From Podarcis filfolensis (lineage: Eukaryota), in NCBI GenBank assembly GCA_964270895.1, contig OZ185438.1: DNA of 64,000 bases; one strand, written 5' to 3'. The position numbers and the translations under genes are program-made. Positions 26,985 to 39,757 of the stretch are shown here, in pieces. Numbering within the stretch: the first letter of the stretch is position 1; each line of letters starts with the position of its first letter. The notes beneath the pieces are model-generated. The model saw only the letters and a program-made list of their open reading frames with translations, did not search any database and had not been told where the DNA came from.

Positions 26985-27225
26985 CAGTGGTACCTTGGGT
27001 TACATATGTTTCAGGTTACATACACTTCAGGTTACAGGTTACAGACTCCACTAACACAGAAATAGTACCTCGGGTTAAGAACTTTGCTTCAGGATGAGAA
27101 CAGAAATTGTGCTCCGGTGGCAGCAGGAGGCCCCATTAGCTAAAGTTGTGCTTCAGGTTAAGAACAGTTTCAGGTTAAGAACGGACCTCCGGAACGAATT
27201 AAGTATTTAACCCGAGGTACCACTG
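26985..27225 (-). mobile_element. Tigger/pogo-like MITE, unrearranged copy
   Basis: TA-CAGTGGTACC...GGTACCACTG-TA; reverse orientation relative to the 13353 copy. Confidence 0.9.
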
Positions 27226-28651
27226 TACTCATGTTTTGGGGTGGAGAATTGTTTCATCTTGCATTAACTTAATATGTGTAATGCTATTTCTAAGCTTCAG
27301 TGACAATGAATGGGTTTTGAAGGGGCAAATGGGATAGTTAGGGGAGAAGAGGGTCTATATCAGGGGTTGTAAGCCCATAGTCCACTTCATGCCCACAAAG
27401 CTGCTTGAAATGCTAGCCCACAGCATATTTGGTGGTAACTTTTCTCCTCCTGTTTCACCACTGTTAGAATGTCAAAGCACTCTAGAAGCAGGAGGGAATG
27501 CTCCTTCCTGTTTCTGCAGTGCTTTGACCTACTAGCAGTGGTGACATGCAAAAGGATGAAACTTTAACCATTCCCACTTTTTGTTTTGGCTGTGCCCACT
27601 GCTGGCATGCAGCCCTTTGGAGGGTTGCCAACAATGAATGCTGCCCTCAGACCAAAGAAGGCTAGTCATTCCTGGACTATATCTATTGTGATATCCAGCT
27701 CTCTGCACCCCCTAAAAAAAACCTCAAAAGCATTTGCTGGCAAGGGTTGTGTATGCGTCCTCACACCACCTGGGACAAGAAGTTGAGCTTGGAGCTCTCT
27801 CCCCTTCCCCGTAATAACATTGCAGATGGGGATAAAAGACCTTTTTTCCTGGGCCCCTCTGCCTCCCATTAACCACAGCTGTAGAAGAAGCCTCAGTCTA
27901 TTTCTGCAACTAAGGTGCAGTGCGTGGTGAGTTGGGTCACAGAGAATGTTTGTTCTGAGCTCAGTCTCACATGCACCCTCCGACACACACGTTCAGCTCA
28001 TTGCATTGGGGAAAGAATGAGTGGCAAAGGTTCTCATAAGTTCTCTGCTCTGCTCCCTGTTTCCTGCTGCAGTTTTTTGTAGGTTGCTCTTAATGTAAAG
28101 GTGCAGTCTTGATGGCAGCAGCAAAGGGGTGTGCACAAGCTTGCAATTTGACTAGGATTGTAGTTCCAAGGATACAAACAGCCATCAGGAGTCCAACAGG
28201 AAACCTGTTTTATTAGCATTAACTTTGCTTATTCCATTGCTGAAATAAACTATACTGTAAACAAAAGGCCATTCCTAGTAACTCTGGTCAGGATAGATTT
28301 TGATCACTTATTCTTCAGGAAAGAGGCTCTTCATCCCCTTCTATAGCATATGACACAAAAAGTGAAGGACCGCAGAGCTGGTAAAATCTCTATGCACATG
28401 TTTTTGGCAACATCATTAAAAATGACCTTGGCTGTTTTGGGCATTATTGATATATACCGTTGACACACTAAAGTAAGCAAGTTTATATTTTTCTTTACAG
28501 GTTTTTTTTTCCCTTGAGTGATACGATCCTTCATAGTGTGTAGAACAGCCTTTTTTTCCCTTTCATGTTACCTTCATTGTGCTTTCTTCATCCTGTCTTT
28601 AGCCAAACATGGTTAAGGCCTATATCTTATTAAATCTATTTGTTGTTACAG

Positions 28652-28693
28652 CAAGTGGGGATAGACAGAGGAGACATACCAGATCTTTCTCAG
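28652..28693 (+). CDS. PICALM: PICALM exon 8 (42 bp): QVGIDRGDIPDLSQ
   Basis: AG/GT boundaries, in frame. Confidence 0.97.
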
Positions 28694-29350
28694 GTAGATG
28701 ATTTTATGCATTTGTCATGCATGTCCGTTTGGCCTTTCATAATCTGAAGACCTTGGTGTAATCACTAATGCTTTAATTGGTTGTTACCATGTTCTTAAAT
28801 TGGAGGGTTTTTTAAAAAATGGGGTTTGAATCTGTTGTTGGTTCCATCGTCAGACTTCAGAACGTTTCTCAGTTGCTCTGTTTCAAAGCTAATGATCCTT
28901 GCTAAACTACTATACTTTGAAGCAGTAGGTTGCTAAATTTTAAATCAGTTTAAATTCTGTAATAGAGGTGCAGCTGTCTGTATAAGCATTTGCACCCAAA
29001 ATACTAATTCAGGTTGGCAAAGATTAATAGTGCATTAACATGTTTATGTGGCTTAGTAGCTGCTTTCAAGTTTTACCCTTGGAACATAGAGAGACTACTC
29101 ATTCATGAATGTGCCATTTTTTCCTTGTGCTGTCCTTTTGTATTTCTCTTCAATGCATGGATGGTTGTTGTTTTTTAAATGAGCAATCTAGGGCCACATG
29201 TACCATGCAGCATTTTAAATAAAATTTTGGTGATGGTGCTATTAAGAGCTGCTGCCTGTATTTACCTGCTTATTGTTTAATTCTTTGCGACTGGAGGACC
29301 TGACATTTTTTGCCTTTAATTTCTCAAAGGCTACTGATTTTCTTTTGTAG

Positions 29351-29436
29351 GCACCAAGCAGCCTTCTTGATGCATTGGAACAGCACTTAGCCTCCTTAGA
29401 AGGAAAGAAAATCAAAGACTCTACTGCTGCAAGCAG
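29351..29436 (+). CDS. PICALM: PICALM exon 9 (86 bp): APSSLLDALEQHLASLEGKKIKDSTAASR; GC donor
   Basis: The frame with exon 10 is kept only by the donor CAG|GCATGT. Confidence 0.95.
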
Positions 29437-29704
29437 GCATGTTTTAAATTCTCCTTGTAGTTGGCACCATATGTTGGGCAATGCTTGAAGATTCCTCAAA
29501 TATGCTTCACATGTGTCCTTATTTGTAAAAATCGAAAGAATGTTACTTGTTCAGGTGTTCTTATCTGGGTGCAGTCATGGTAACACAACACCCTCTGTTA
29601 TTTCCAAATTTGAACATTTCCTACGTGGCCATTTACGTTTTCCCAAACATCAAATATAAATGTAATAGGTGATGTAATTAGCACCAGTTGATTTCAGCAA
29701 ATCT

Positions 29705-29895
29705 AAAGTGTAATGGTTTGAGTTTCAAGCTGGGACCTGGGAGACCAAGATTCAGCCAGGGTTCAAATCCCTGGGTGACCTTGACCAGTCAGTCTTTCAG
29801 CCTAACCTGCCTCACTGGGTTGCTAGCATAAGAAGAGGGAGGGAGAACCATGCATGCCACCTTGAGCTCATTGGAAGGCAAGGCAGGATATGCTG
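29705..29895 (+). mobile_element. tRNA-derived MIR/Squam-like SINE
   Basis: GTGTAATGGTT head, B-box GGTTCAAATCC, GGGTGACCTTG core. Confidence 0.65.
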
Positions 29896-30469
29896 CATGA
29901 CTTGGCTGGATGCAGCCTGCAACTGCTAGAAGAACTCAACCTGCTTATCTCTGCAAACCAACCACAACAGCAGTGCAGAAGGTTGTGGCAGCAGCTTTCT
30001 CTTGCCTTTGTCACCAATATAGCATTGGTCACACACTTTGAAATGAACTGATATAGCTTCTAGACTTCAGGACCAGTAAGGAAAATGCATGTGATCTAGG
30101 CTAGACCGAAGTGGTGTCTAACTGCGCTATGTCATTTTATCTCTCGGAAGTCCTAGAGATTGTGTGCTGCTTTGACTTTGTTTGTACAATCAGGCCAAGT
30201 GGGGCACATTCCATTGTGAATAAACTGAATCCTGAAATAGACGGAGCATGGCTGACTTCAAGTGTTTCCATCAAATTGCCCTTCCATCAAATATGTACAA
30301 TCTGTACAGAAACACAGGCAAAATCTGCTTCCCAGGGTTAAGTCTACAAAAGAAAAAAGAGTCTTGTATGTTTATAGGTTGGAAAAAACAAAGCGGAGCT
30401 CTGTTGAGCATCTTTCTCTGTTGTGTCGTCTGTATAACTGCCAGGTTTCCTTCTGTCAACTTTTCCTAG

Positions 30470-30593
30470 GGCTACCACTCTTTCCAATGCAGTCTCCTCC
30501 CTCGCAAGCACCGGCCTGTCGCTCACCAAAGTAGATGAAAGGGAAAAACAAGCCGCACTAGAGGAAGAGCAGGCACGTTTAAAAGCTTTAAAG
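30470..30593 (+). CDS. PICALM: PICALM exon 10 (124 bp): ATTLSNAVSSLASTGLSLTKVDEREKQAALEEEQARLKALK
   Basis: AG/GT boundaries, in frame. Confidence 0.98.
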
Positions 30594-31001
30594 GTGGGCA
30601 TGATTTTTCCTTTGTACTGAGTGTGGTATATAGGCTGCCTAATGGTTGCACAGCAAGTATGAGGGACCTCAAAGCTCTCTGTCTAGCTCTGAACTCTGCC
30701 ATCCCCTCCAGGTCACACCCTTCGCTTGCCTTGCTCTGCATCCTCCCCTATTGCTTGTGCTTTTGAATTATGATAATACCTCTTGCTTGCCTGGATAGAG
30801 GGAGCTGTATGTCTGACCACACTCACCACTGTATGGAAAAAGATTCCCCACCCTTAGTATATACAGTGTTCAAAGACGAAAAAGCAGGCTGTGTATATAA
30901 GACAGTGGATTACAGTTGACAAGGATGGCTTGTTCACATTCATTTAAAAGCTGCCTATGAATACTTGGGTGGTTGGAACAAGCTTTCTGTCTCTTAAAGT
31001 T

Positions 31002-31004
<3 letters not shown>

Positions 31005-31070
<66 letters not shown>
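31005..31070. repeat. Compound microsatellite (AT)21(AG)12
   Basis: Read directly. Confidence 0.95.
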
Positions 31071-31077
<7 letters not shown>

Positions 31078-31338
31078 TTAGAAGTAGAATATAGAATTAT
31101 TATTTTCAAAGCCTTTAGCCTGAATTTTTTGTGGTAGTGGACTACTGGGTCATACAGAGAACCATTTATAAGAAAATGTAAAACCACAACAATGTACACT
31201 GTTGCTCATTTGTAGTTTGCCTGCCCCCTTTTAGAGGTCTTAATAGAGCTATTTGAGGGCTTTGTTCTGCTTAACTTTATCAACTGCCTAAGCAAAAAAA
31301 ACCCTTTGTTTTTAAAAATTGTCTTTATTTCCCATCAG

Positions 31339-31475
31339 GAACAACGTCTAAAAGAACTTGCAAAGAAACCTCATAACTCCTTAACAACAGCCTCCTCTCC
31401 TGTGTCTAATGCAGCAGGAAGCATAATGACTACACCAGCCATTGACATTTTTTCCACACCTAGTTCTTCAAACAG
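31339..31475 (+). CDS. PICALM: PICALM exon 11 (137 bp): EQRLKELAKKPHNSLTTASSPVSNAAGSIMTTPAIDIFSTPSSSNS (DIF motif)
   Basis: AG/GT boundaries, in frame. Confidence 0.98.
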
Positions 31476-32007
31476 GTATGCCCTTGATGTATGTCAGAAC
31501 TGCTCATAATTGGGGGGAAATGTTTCTAGCCAGAGTACATCCTTAAAATGAGACTGTTCTGTAGATTTTATTTATTGTGTAGCTCTTTGGCTTTGACATA
31601 AGCTAACCATAAGGTTCGTTTATCTAGTGCCAAGGGAGAATAAGCCAAACATCCTGGTTAAATGTATAAGAAAGGCAGTGATGCTTGAATTCTTAAGTAT
31701 GCAACTGCTCAGGACACTCTTGCCTTATCAGGAAAAAGTAGAACTATGCTGTAATTTGTAGGGGGGTTTTCAGTGGTCCAGAGCTACATCTTTTAACAGT
31801 GTCACAGCCTGCATGCAATACCTGGGCCTGTCAGTATAAACTGTCCTATGCAATTAAAGATCCTTAGGATTTTGGATTTTTTGTTTTTGTATTAAACAGG
31901 TTATGGGCAGGGGTTAACAATATTCAGTGCACACTGCTGATCCAGCATTGATGATCTGCAAAAGTATGAGATGCTCCGTTGTGCAAACACACACGTATTC
32001 TTTAGAT

Positions 32008-32182
32008 CAGTGCTTCTCAAGCTATCTGATGTGGTGGACCACCTCCAATTCGCCAGGGACTGGTACCATATTTGGTCCCTTTAGCTTCCCATCTAACCTG
32101 GGCTGTGGTGGTCACTGGGGATTGGCAGCTGATGGGTCATGGACTGGCACCAGTCCGTGGACCACCACTTTGAGTAACACTG
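32008..32182. mobile_element. hAT MITE, older
   Basis: Termini CAGTGCTTCTCAA...TTGAGTAACACTG; degenerate 8-bp TSD CTTTAGAT/CTCTAAAC. Confidence 0.7.
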
Positions 32183-33007
32183 CTCTAAACTCTATAAAGC
32201 CTCTCAAAAAGCTGTAAAACTGGAGTTTTAGTATGAAATTGATTGCAGTGAAAAGCATTGTGTGTTCTGGTGCCACATGGATACCATCACCAGCAATTGT
32301 GGACTTGACCTATGAGCACTGCTTTGTTATAGAAGTGCTGGAGAAGAACAGTACAACAGTCAGTGTACTGTTGATGCAGTCTGATACCCAGAATGGTTTG
32401 CGTGGTGGGACCTCACGAAATGACTGTGTGCACTGTTGCTTTGACTGTAAGCAGCAAAAATAAACATGAGTTTAGCCCAACCAAATGAATGCTTCATTAC
32501 ATCTGCATTTCTGCAAACTGCAAAACTTGCAGCATAGCCTTTAAAAACAGAAGAATTATTGGCAAATGAAACCTCCTAAGTATCTGTGTGAATCTCCCAC
32601 TTGTGCTATATATTCAATGCAACTAGTAGGAGCAATAAACCTGTGCTAGCATGTGAAGAACCACACAACTAATTTGATGAGCCCAGGGAGTCATTGTGCT
32701 TTTGTCACTCCAATGGTATGCCTCCCTCCTTCCAAATAATACCTTACAGCAGGCTGCCTTTGATACTGGAAAGAGATGGGGGTGGCTGCGGTTCCAAAAG
32801 GAAAAAGTCAATCCCTCTGGGCATGTTGAAGCCTCCTTTTGATCCTGGCCTTGGATATCCAGTGAGCTAAATTCTGCCACATTTCATGCATGCACACACA
32901 TTCCATTTAGGAAAACACTATGATAGTTTGAATAGCTTTGCTAAGTTTTATGAAAGAAAGGCAATGTTGCTCAAGTCTTTGATAGTTGCCCTCATCTGTT
33001 TCCATAG

Positions 33008-33108
33008 TACATCAAAGCTGCCAAATGACCTCCTTGATTTGCAGCCAACCTTTCATCCGTCTGTGCATCCTATATCCTCTGCGCCACAAGTAGGAGGGAC
33101 CTGGGGAG
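33008..33108 (+). CDS. PICALM: PICALM exon 12 (101 bp): TSKLPNDLLDLQPTFHPSVHPISSAPQVGGTWG (DLL motif)
   Basis: AG/GT boundaries, in frame. Confidence 0.97.
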
Positions 33109-34348
33109 GTAAGAAACTCACAGTTAAATCCCAGTTTTGGTTACTTCATAGTCACTCATAACCATCAGTAATATTTCATAGACTCTTAAGCTTTCCTGCC
33201 TTGTTAAATTAGGTAAAAAGATTATTTTTTTTAATGTCTGGGACAGATAATTCTTCACACCGTATTTTGAAGGATTGGAAACAAAACATGGTGTATCATA
33301 GCACATAGCTTAACTTCGTTTCCTGTTTAGCCCCAATCATAGTTGTATCTTTGTAGTCATTGTGAGTTATTGTGAGGCTTGATTTCAGGTAAGTCTGGAC
33401 TACGGAGCAAAGTCCAGAGTATCAGAATGATTCGCCTTTGCTCTGCAAACACTAATTTGAAATGCTTGCAGGGCCATCTGATTTCCTGTAAAATCTTATG
33501 TGAACATCCCAGAGTTGGTGCATTGCACAGGCCTTGCCTCCAAAGGCAGACAGCTTAGAAGCTCCTTACATGCTGGGCAACCCCTGACACAAAAGAGCTC
33601 TCCACCTTCCTTGGATTTAACTTGCGCAGTTTCAACAAGCCTGCCTTCATGTGTGTTACGGCTAAAATCACACAAGTCAAATGTGCATAAGATGTGACCT
33701 ACCGTGTTGCACTTTTCAGTTGCTTAAGCCATTCAGATTAAATTTAGCCATTTAATACGTTGGGTGATACCTCAACACCTCCCCCCCCCCCAGTGTAATA
33801 TCAATCAATCATTTTATTTGTATGCTGCCTTTCCAAAATTAAAACCATGGTCAAGGCATCTGTGTACTAGGCAAAGTTGCTCATGTTGGGGCTTCATTCC
33901 CTCAAACGAGCCTTCTTGTAGCAATGCACCTTCTATCATGTCCTCTGCCCCACCCCCCGGAAGTATATGCAGTAATTTGGCCAAGTTGCCTTTAATACTT
34001 GTCCTTTCTTGTTCATAGCTTTGACAGCTTTGCACTCTTTTTCTCTGGCCGCAAAATATTTTGTGGGATAGTGGAGGGCCAGGCAAGATGGTAGACAAGT
34101 TTTTCTGGTAGCTTCGTTCATGCTTGTGGTTGCTGAAGTAGAATAAGCATATTCTGTTTTTGTGGACAAATCCTTGCTGAAAATGTTAACTAGAATTATT
34201 TAGAAATGGGTAGAATTTTCTGTATGAAGGATGTAAACCTGCTTTTCAGGGTTTTTCTTTCAGAAGATGGTAGACCATGTTCAGGCTTCTCCCCCCCTTT
34301 TTTTTCTTCACTTGATAAATAAGTTCTACTTAAATGTAATCCGTACAG

Positions 34349-34684
34349 CAGGAGTGGGAAATCTTTTGAGCCCAAGGGCCATATTGTGTCATGGACAACC
34401 TTTGCGGGGCCAGAAGCAGCAGTGGGTGGGCCGGCAAATGTGGCTCTTGCCATTGTGCAGTCAGCTGCAATAGCCACAAAGAGGTTTCTTTGTGTATGCA
34501 TACATCTCTTCATCTCAGCAAACATCATCACAGTTCATGACCACTTTTCAACCAGGCAAAAGTATTTGAGGAGGGTGCAGCAGAGGCGTGGTGGGATGGC
34601 ACAGCATGGACAGAGTCCTGAGGATTAAGGAGAGACACCCAGAGCGCTACATTTGTCCTCCAGGCCTGAGGTTTCGCACCCCTG
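34349..34684. mobile_element. hAT MITE
   Basis: Termini CAGGAGTGGGAAA...TTTCGCACCCCTG; degenerate TSD CCGTACAG/TCCTATAG. Confidence 0.7.
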
Positions 34685-35504
34685 TCCTATAGCTGTGATT
34701 GGCAATTTGTTTTTCATTACCATTGTGCAGGAAGTAAACTTCTCAGCTGTTTTACATCTTGTTTTGGGGGTATCAGAAAATGGTTTTGAGAGGTGGTTCT
34801 GACCTGGAAGTTAAAGTACAGCCCAGGAAACAGAAATGTGAGGGAGAAAAGAAACGTAACTAATTATGGGAAAAAGAAATTTAAACAAAACTCTACTGCC
34901 CTTATGATTGGCCAAGAGTTTGAAGGAGAGTGGAAGCGAGTTTGAGTGGGTTTTGGTTGGTTAGAGTTGGAGCACGCTTGGCAAATTTAAGGCTTCAGTC
35001 AGAAATAAGACAAAATGGAGAGGGCTGCGGTAAGACTCCAGAAACTGAACAGAGCGGGCTGGAAACAGCTTTACTGATACACACTGAACAGGGAAATAGT
35101 TTAGACAAGGTTTAGCTGGATGTATTTGCTTATATGTTTATTTGGTCTTCTGGTTGACTGATTAGAAAAAAACTCTAAATTAGTACCTTACAGAAAACCT
35201 TTAGTACAAACTACATTTTTTTTTTGTCTGATGTCTTGTTTTGTCTGCAGTCTTGTTCACCCCACACCTAATTTCCTCACCATCCTATCTAGTAAAGAGA
35301 GCTGGTTGGGCCACTAAATGCTGTTCCAGAGGCAATCAGGGATAAAAAAACATCCGCTTAGTAATAGCAGTGAAGACCAAAGGAGAGGTTGGGTTAGCCG
35401 AGTTACTCTCCTCCTTCTCATAGTGTAGGCTGCAGCCTGTGCCATCACATTGTGTTTTGAACTGAGTGAGGGCTGCATGACTTTAGCCTAAATATTAATT
35501 CTCT

Positions 35505-35849
35505 AGCAGCTTTATCACACCATGTTAAACCATAGTTAATAGTTTACCATGAATGGGCAGGTGGCTTCTGCTTTGCTCCTCCCCCAGTGCATGCAGGAGC
35601 AGCAAACCATGACCCCTTAGTGTTGCTTCCATACCAGAGATGGTGGCTTGCTTTGCTACAAACCGCAATGTTAAATCATGGTTTGTTCTTGACTTACCAG
35701 TTGTGTTTTGTTTAAGTGAAACAAGCCACAATCCCCAGTTGGTTCAGCCAGGGATCATGGTTTGTTGCTTCTGCGAGGGAGGGGGTGAAGTTGGAGTGAT
35801 CTGTGCATAACTGTTAACTATGGTTTACCATGGTGTGTGAACTGAGCCC
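35505..35849. mobile_element. MITE-like element with subterminal inverted repeats (possibly PIF/Harbinger)
   Basis: CACACCATGTTAAACCATAGTTAA (35516-35539) is the reverse complement of 35814-35837 with one mismatch. Confidence 0.5.
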
Positions 35850-36308
35850 AGAAGTCAAAACAGGAAGGTTTTTTTTAGAACTTGAGAGATAAAAAGGCAT
35901 TTAAGAAAGGAAATTGTATGGGCATAGCGAGGGCTCATGGCAAGTCTTGGGAAAAGCCCAGGGGCTGGGGGTGGATGATCCAAGTTAGAGGCACTGCACT
36001 GAAGGGATTCTTCTATATCAAAGGTGTTGTGCAGTATGTTGTAGGTGGATTCTGCTTCCAGAGACCAGAGTATTACGACAGTGTCCTTTTCAGAAAATAC
36101 CTGAATCAGGATAACTTAGAGAATGCCTGTTACCTCTTGCCAATAAGCCATTTATGTAGGTGTTGGGGGGGAAATGCAAACTGATACTCTTAAAGCAAAA
36201 CTGACTTACAGAACTGCTTATGCTGTTCCTGATTACTAATGCACAGCTAACCTGGTCCCCCACCCCTATTCCTCTTCTTCTCCTCCTTGCTCTGCTTGGA
36301 CTGCACAG

Positions 36309-36455
36309 ATCCTTTCACTTCTACCGCTGACGCTGTTGATGATGCCGTTCCAAGCCTAAATCCTTTCCTCACAAAATCTAGCGATCACCTCTCTGTCTCT
36401 TCTGACGTACTACCCACTTTCACTTCTAGGACACCAACTCATGAGATGTTCGTTG
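36309..36455 (+). CDS. PICALM: PICALM exon 13 (147 bp): DPFTSTADAVDDAVPSLNPFLTKSSDHLSVSSDVLPTFTSRTPTHEMFV (DPF and NPF; skipped in short CALM)
   Basis: AG/GT boundaries, phase 1-1. Confidence 0.96.
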
Positions 36456-37040
36456 GTAATGTACCATCTGACTGGCTTTTCCCTTTCTCTTAACTATCAG
36501 ACTATTCTGGGCAAATTTAGGATTTTCAAAAGAGAGAAAAGAAAGATAAAATGAATGAGCTATTACCTAATGACAGTTTGAGTTCCCTTCCCAGTTGTAA
36601 ATACATGACCTACAGAATGTAGTGCCGTGGTAGCTGTGTAAATTCAGATGGGCAACTACTTAGGGATTGAGGGCGGAGAGAGGAGACTTTATATTCCTTC
36701 CCAGCCTTATTGTTTTATCTGATATTTGTAAAACAACAACAAAAACAACACCCAGAGGTTACTGAATTGGGGACAGTTCCCCCCTAAAAGCAGGCAAGCC
36801 TTTGCTACAGGCATATCAACTACAGTGTTGCTCATCTAAATGAGCCGCATATAGACTTGCACCACCTACTGTGTGCAGTATGCAGTCCATGGGGTAATCT
36901 TTATGTCCAGCTATGTGCCCTTGGCCGCATGGAGTTTCCATTCCAAGCTAGATGTGGCACAATTTGACCTCCAGAAGCGTAAATTCTAAGATTACCATGT
37001 CATCGTATGGCTTTCGATTTAACTCTTTCTGGTTCTCTAG

Positions 37041-37124
37041 ATCGCTTCAATCCATTTACTGAATCAAACCCCTTTGTGGAAACCAAATATGCATCCACTT
37101 TTCAGCTCTGTCACTTTACTTCAG
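37041..37124 (+). CDS. PICALM: Putative PICALM cassette exon 13a (84 bp): DRFNPFTESNPFVETKYASTFQLCHFTS
   Basis: ctctttctggttctctag acceptor, CAG|gtataa donor, open frame, phase 1-1, two NPF motifs. Confidence 0.75.
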
Positions 37125-37399
37125 GTATAATACAAATGCCTTGAGGGTTTTACACTTGCTTGTTTTCAGAGGTGTAAAACATGGCATTTGATGATGTTTC
37201 CCCCCCTGTCTTTAGATAGTGTAAAATCTTCCCTTTTTTTTAGAAGTTGTTGCTAGATTGCTTGTGTGTGTGCTTTAGGTCACGTAGTTGTTGTCTTAAC
37301 TTAGTGTCCAAATAATTGGTTAAGCAGATAAGAGTGTCCTGTTCCTTTCTCTCTGTAACTGTTCCTTCTTTGCTCTTCTGCTTCCTATGCCTTTATCAG

Positions 37400-37483
37400 A
37401 TTCTTTTTGTGGTCCTCAAGCTTATCCTCCTAACGCTTCCCATTTCCGCAGTGAGCCCTCAACTGTAGCTGGCCTATTTGGAG
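37400..37483 (+). CDS. PICALM: Putative PICALM cassette exon 13b (84 bp): DSFCGPQAYPPNASHFRSEPSTVAGLFG
   Basis: Polypyrimidine tract of about 60 nt plus tcag, GAG|gtaggt donor, open frame, phase 1-1. Confidence 0.75.
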
Positions 37484-37945
37484 GTAGGTAAAAGGCTTTT
37501 GAAGCCCAGGAACTTGGTTTAATTATGTAAACTTGGGTAAAATTATGCAGACATGCCCATTTCAGTTTGTAAGCAAGCTGGAGAGTTGTATGCTTTTCAT
37601 CAGCTGATCAACACTTAAAAATAATTCCAAAACTGATGCATCAAAATGGGTCCAGCTTGTTTTTAAAAATAACTTAGCCTGTCCTTGCTGAAAAGGTTGC
37701 AAATCTAAAGACTGCTTTAATAAGTTTTTTCACTGTATCACTTTTTGTTCATAGAAAATCACAGATTGAAACGAGTGGCAATTGACAGCGATTTGGCGGG
37801 TGCACTTCTAAAGCACCCAGCATGACATTATAACTGAAAGCCACTGTCTTTATTTTCTTTTATCCTGGAAATGTTTTAGCTTTAATTATAAGAACTTTGC
37901 AAACATTGATCCCATGAAACAGGCACATTGGTCTTCTCATTAAGT

Positions 37946-37946
<1 letters not shown>

Positions 37947-37982
<36 letters not shown>
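37947..37982. repeat. (GT)18 microsatellite
   Basis: Read directly. Confidence 0.9.
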
Positions 37983-37984
<2 letters not shown>

Positions 37985-39649
37985 ATGTCCTTGTCCTTGC
38001 AAGCATGCACTGCTCTCTCTGAAATGGGCCAACTGTACTTAGTGCAACAAGTTCCCTTGTGGAGCAGTGCCTAGTGCTGTTTTTGATTTAGCCATCACAG
38101 TGCTAGCGTAATACATGTTCCAGTCTTGAGAACTTAAGGACCATTTGGATCAGATCAAAGGTCCATCAAGTCCATCTTGGGATGCTCACAAGCAAGAGCA
38201 TAGTAGTGATGACCACCCCTTGTTCCTCATCGAAGTTTGATCCATTTCTGTCTTGATTATCGATAGCCAGTAATGAGAACTGATGCATCTTGTTATAACA
38301 AATTCTGTTGCGTTTTGCCTTTTATCCTGAATCTACTGAAATTTCACTGGCGCCTCTCATGCTATAGTCAGTGCCTAAGTTCCAGTGTTCTGCTGGTCAA
38401 TACTGTTCATCACTATTAAATTCTATTGTGCCCGTGTTGTTTCTTCTAAACTGTCTTCAGTTTTCCTTTGTAGGGAAAAATGCTGCGTCCTGTAATGACT
38501 TTAGTGTCTCTCTTCCGTGCTATCTACAGCTTTATAAACTAGGCTGGGGGAGCAACCAGAGTTGCTTACAGTATACAAGATGTTAAAAGGACCATATGTT
38601 TATATAATAAATTTGTATTTCAATCCCTTGCCACCTTAGTCCACCTTTATGTTTCCCATTTCTTCTCTTGCATGGTACTGATCTGATTAGGGGAGCCTTC
38701 TGGAGCAGACAGTCTGTATAGGATTTTAGCAGTATAGTGTGTCGTAATAAAATGAGGAAGCCTGGTGCTATATGCAGCTTTAGCATTCTGCCTAAAGAAA
38801 CTGGTAGCTGCTACATGTTAAACTACTGAGTTGCTTTCAGTGCTGAAGTAGCCATAAGCATTCATGTAATACTGCAACTACGTGAGGGTTTTTAAAAAAA
38901 TAATCTATCCATTTTAGCAAGAAGTTCTCAAGTCTCTAAAAAGCAAAATAGGTCAAATTGGTGCCAGGTGGAAATGAATTTTAAAACACGTGCCTGACCG
39001 TGCTTATGGGCATTTTATTCAGAATCCTCAGGATTAAAGTAGGTGATATGTAGGTCCTAAGTCCCATTGATATGTTTGGGATGTAGCAATTTATGTGCCT
39101 GGGGAAATGTCTGAAAATGGGGAGTGGGGGATAGGGTGGGAAGAGTTGGGAGCACCAGTGAGTACAACTCAATCCCAGAGGTGGCTATTTTGCAAGTAGT
39201 GAACTGAAATAGGAAACTAGGAGTCTATTATCGCTTCAAAATAAATCTGCTCTCAGATAGTATAGCAGTGACAAAATTGAATAACTGCACCAGGCCATCT
39301 TGTTTTGAAAAATTCTGCCTTTTCTGCCTTAAAGGGCTGAAACTAAAAAGGCTTACTAGTACTGCAGAACTCTTGCTGTGAAGCCTACTCCAGTGTCTTT
39401 TTTGGGGAGTGTAGTTGCTGCTTGCCTATATGCAACATGCAAACTTGAGTCCATTAGTTCTTGCCTCATGGGTTTTCCCTCTAAAGTTGCAGTAACATGG
39501 AGTTCTGCAAGGAAAGCTTTCTTTGCAGGCTCCTTTTCAATGTCTGAATGCCCATAATCCTTTTATGGCTATAGAGCTGCTACTTACATGCAAGTTGAGA
39601 GTTCACATACTGCATATAAATAAGCTCTTTTTAAATGTCTTGTTTGTAG

Positions 39650-39757
39650 GGTTCACCCAGTCTCCTGTTGCTCCATCGCAGCCCTCAGCAGGCCTTAATG
39701 TTGACTTTGAGTCTGTGTTTGGCAACAAAACTTCAAATGTACCTGTGGATTCTGGTG
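39650..39757 (+). CDS. PICALM: PICALM exon 14 (108 bp): FTQSPVAPSQPSAGLNVDFESVFGNKTSNVPVDSG (FESVF motif)
   Basis: AG/GT boundaries, phase 1-1. Confidence 0.97.

Noticed and set aside
36879-36893. 15-nt AG...GT segment as another PICALM microexon
   Set aside because: No polypyrimidine tract, no recognisable peptide, and such spacing arises by chance.
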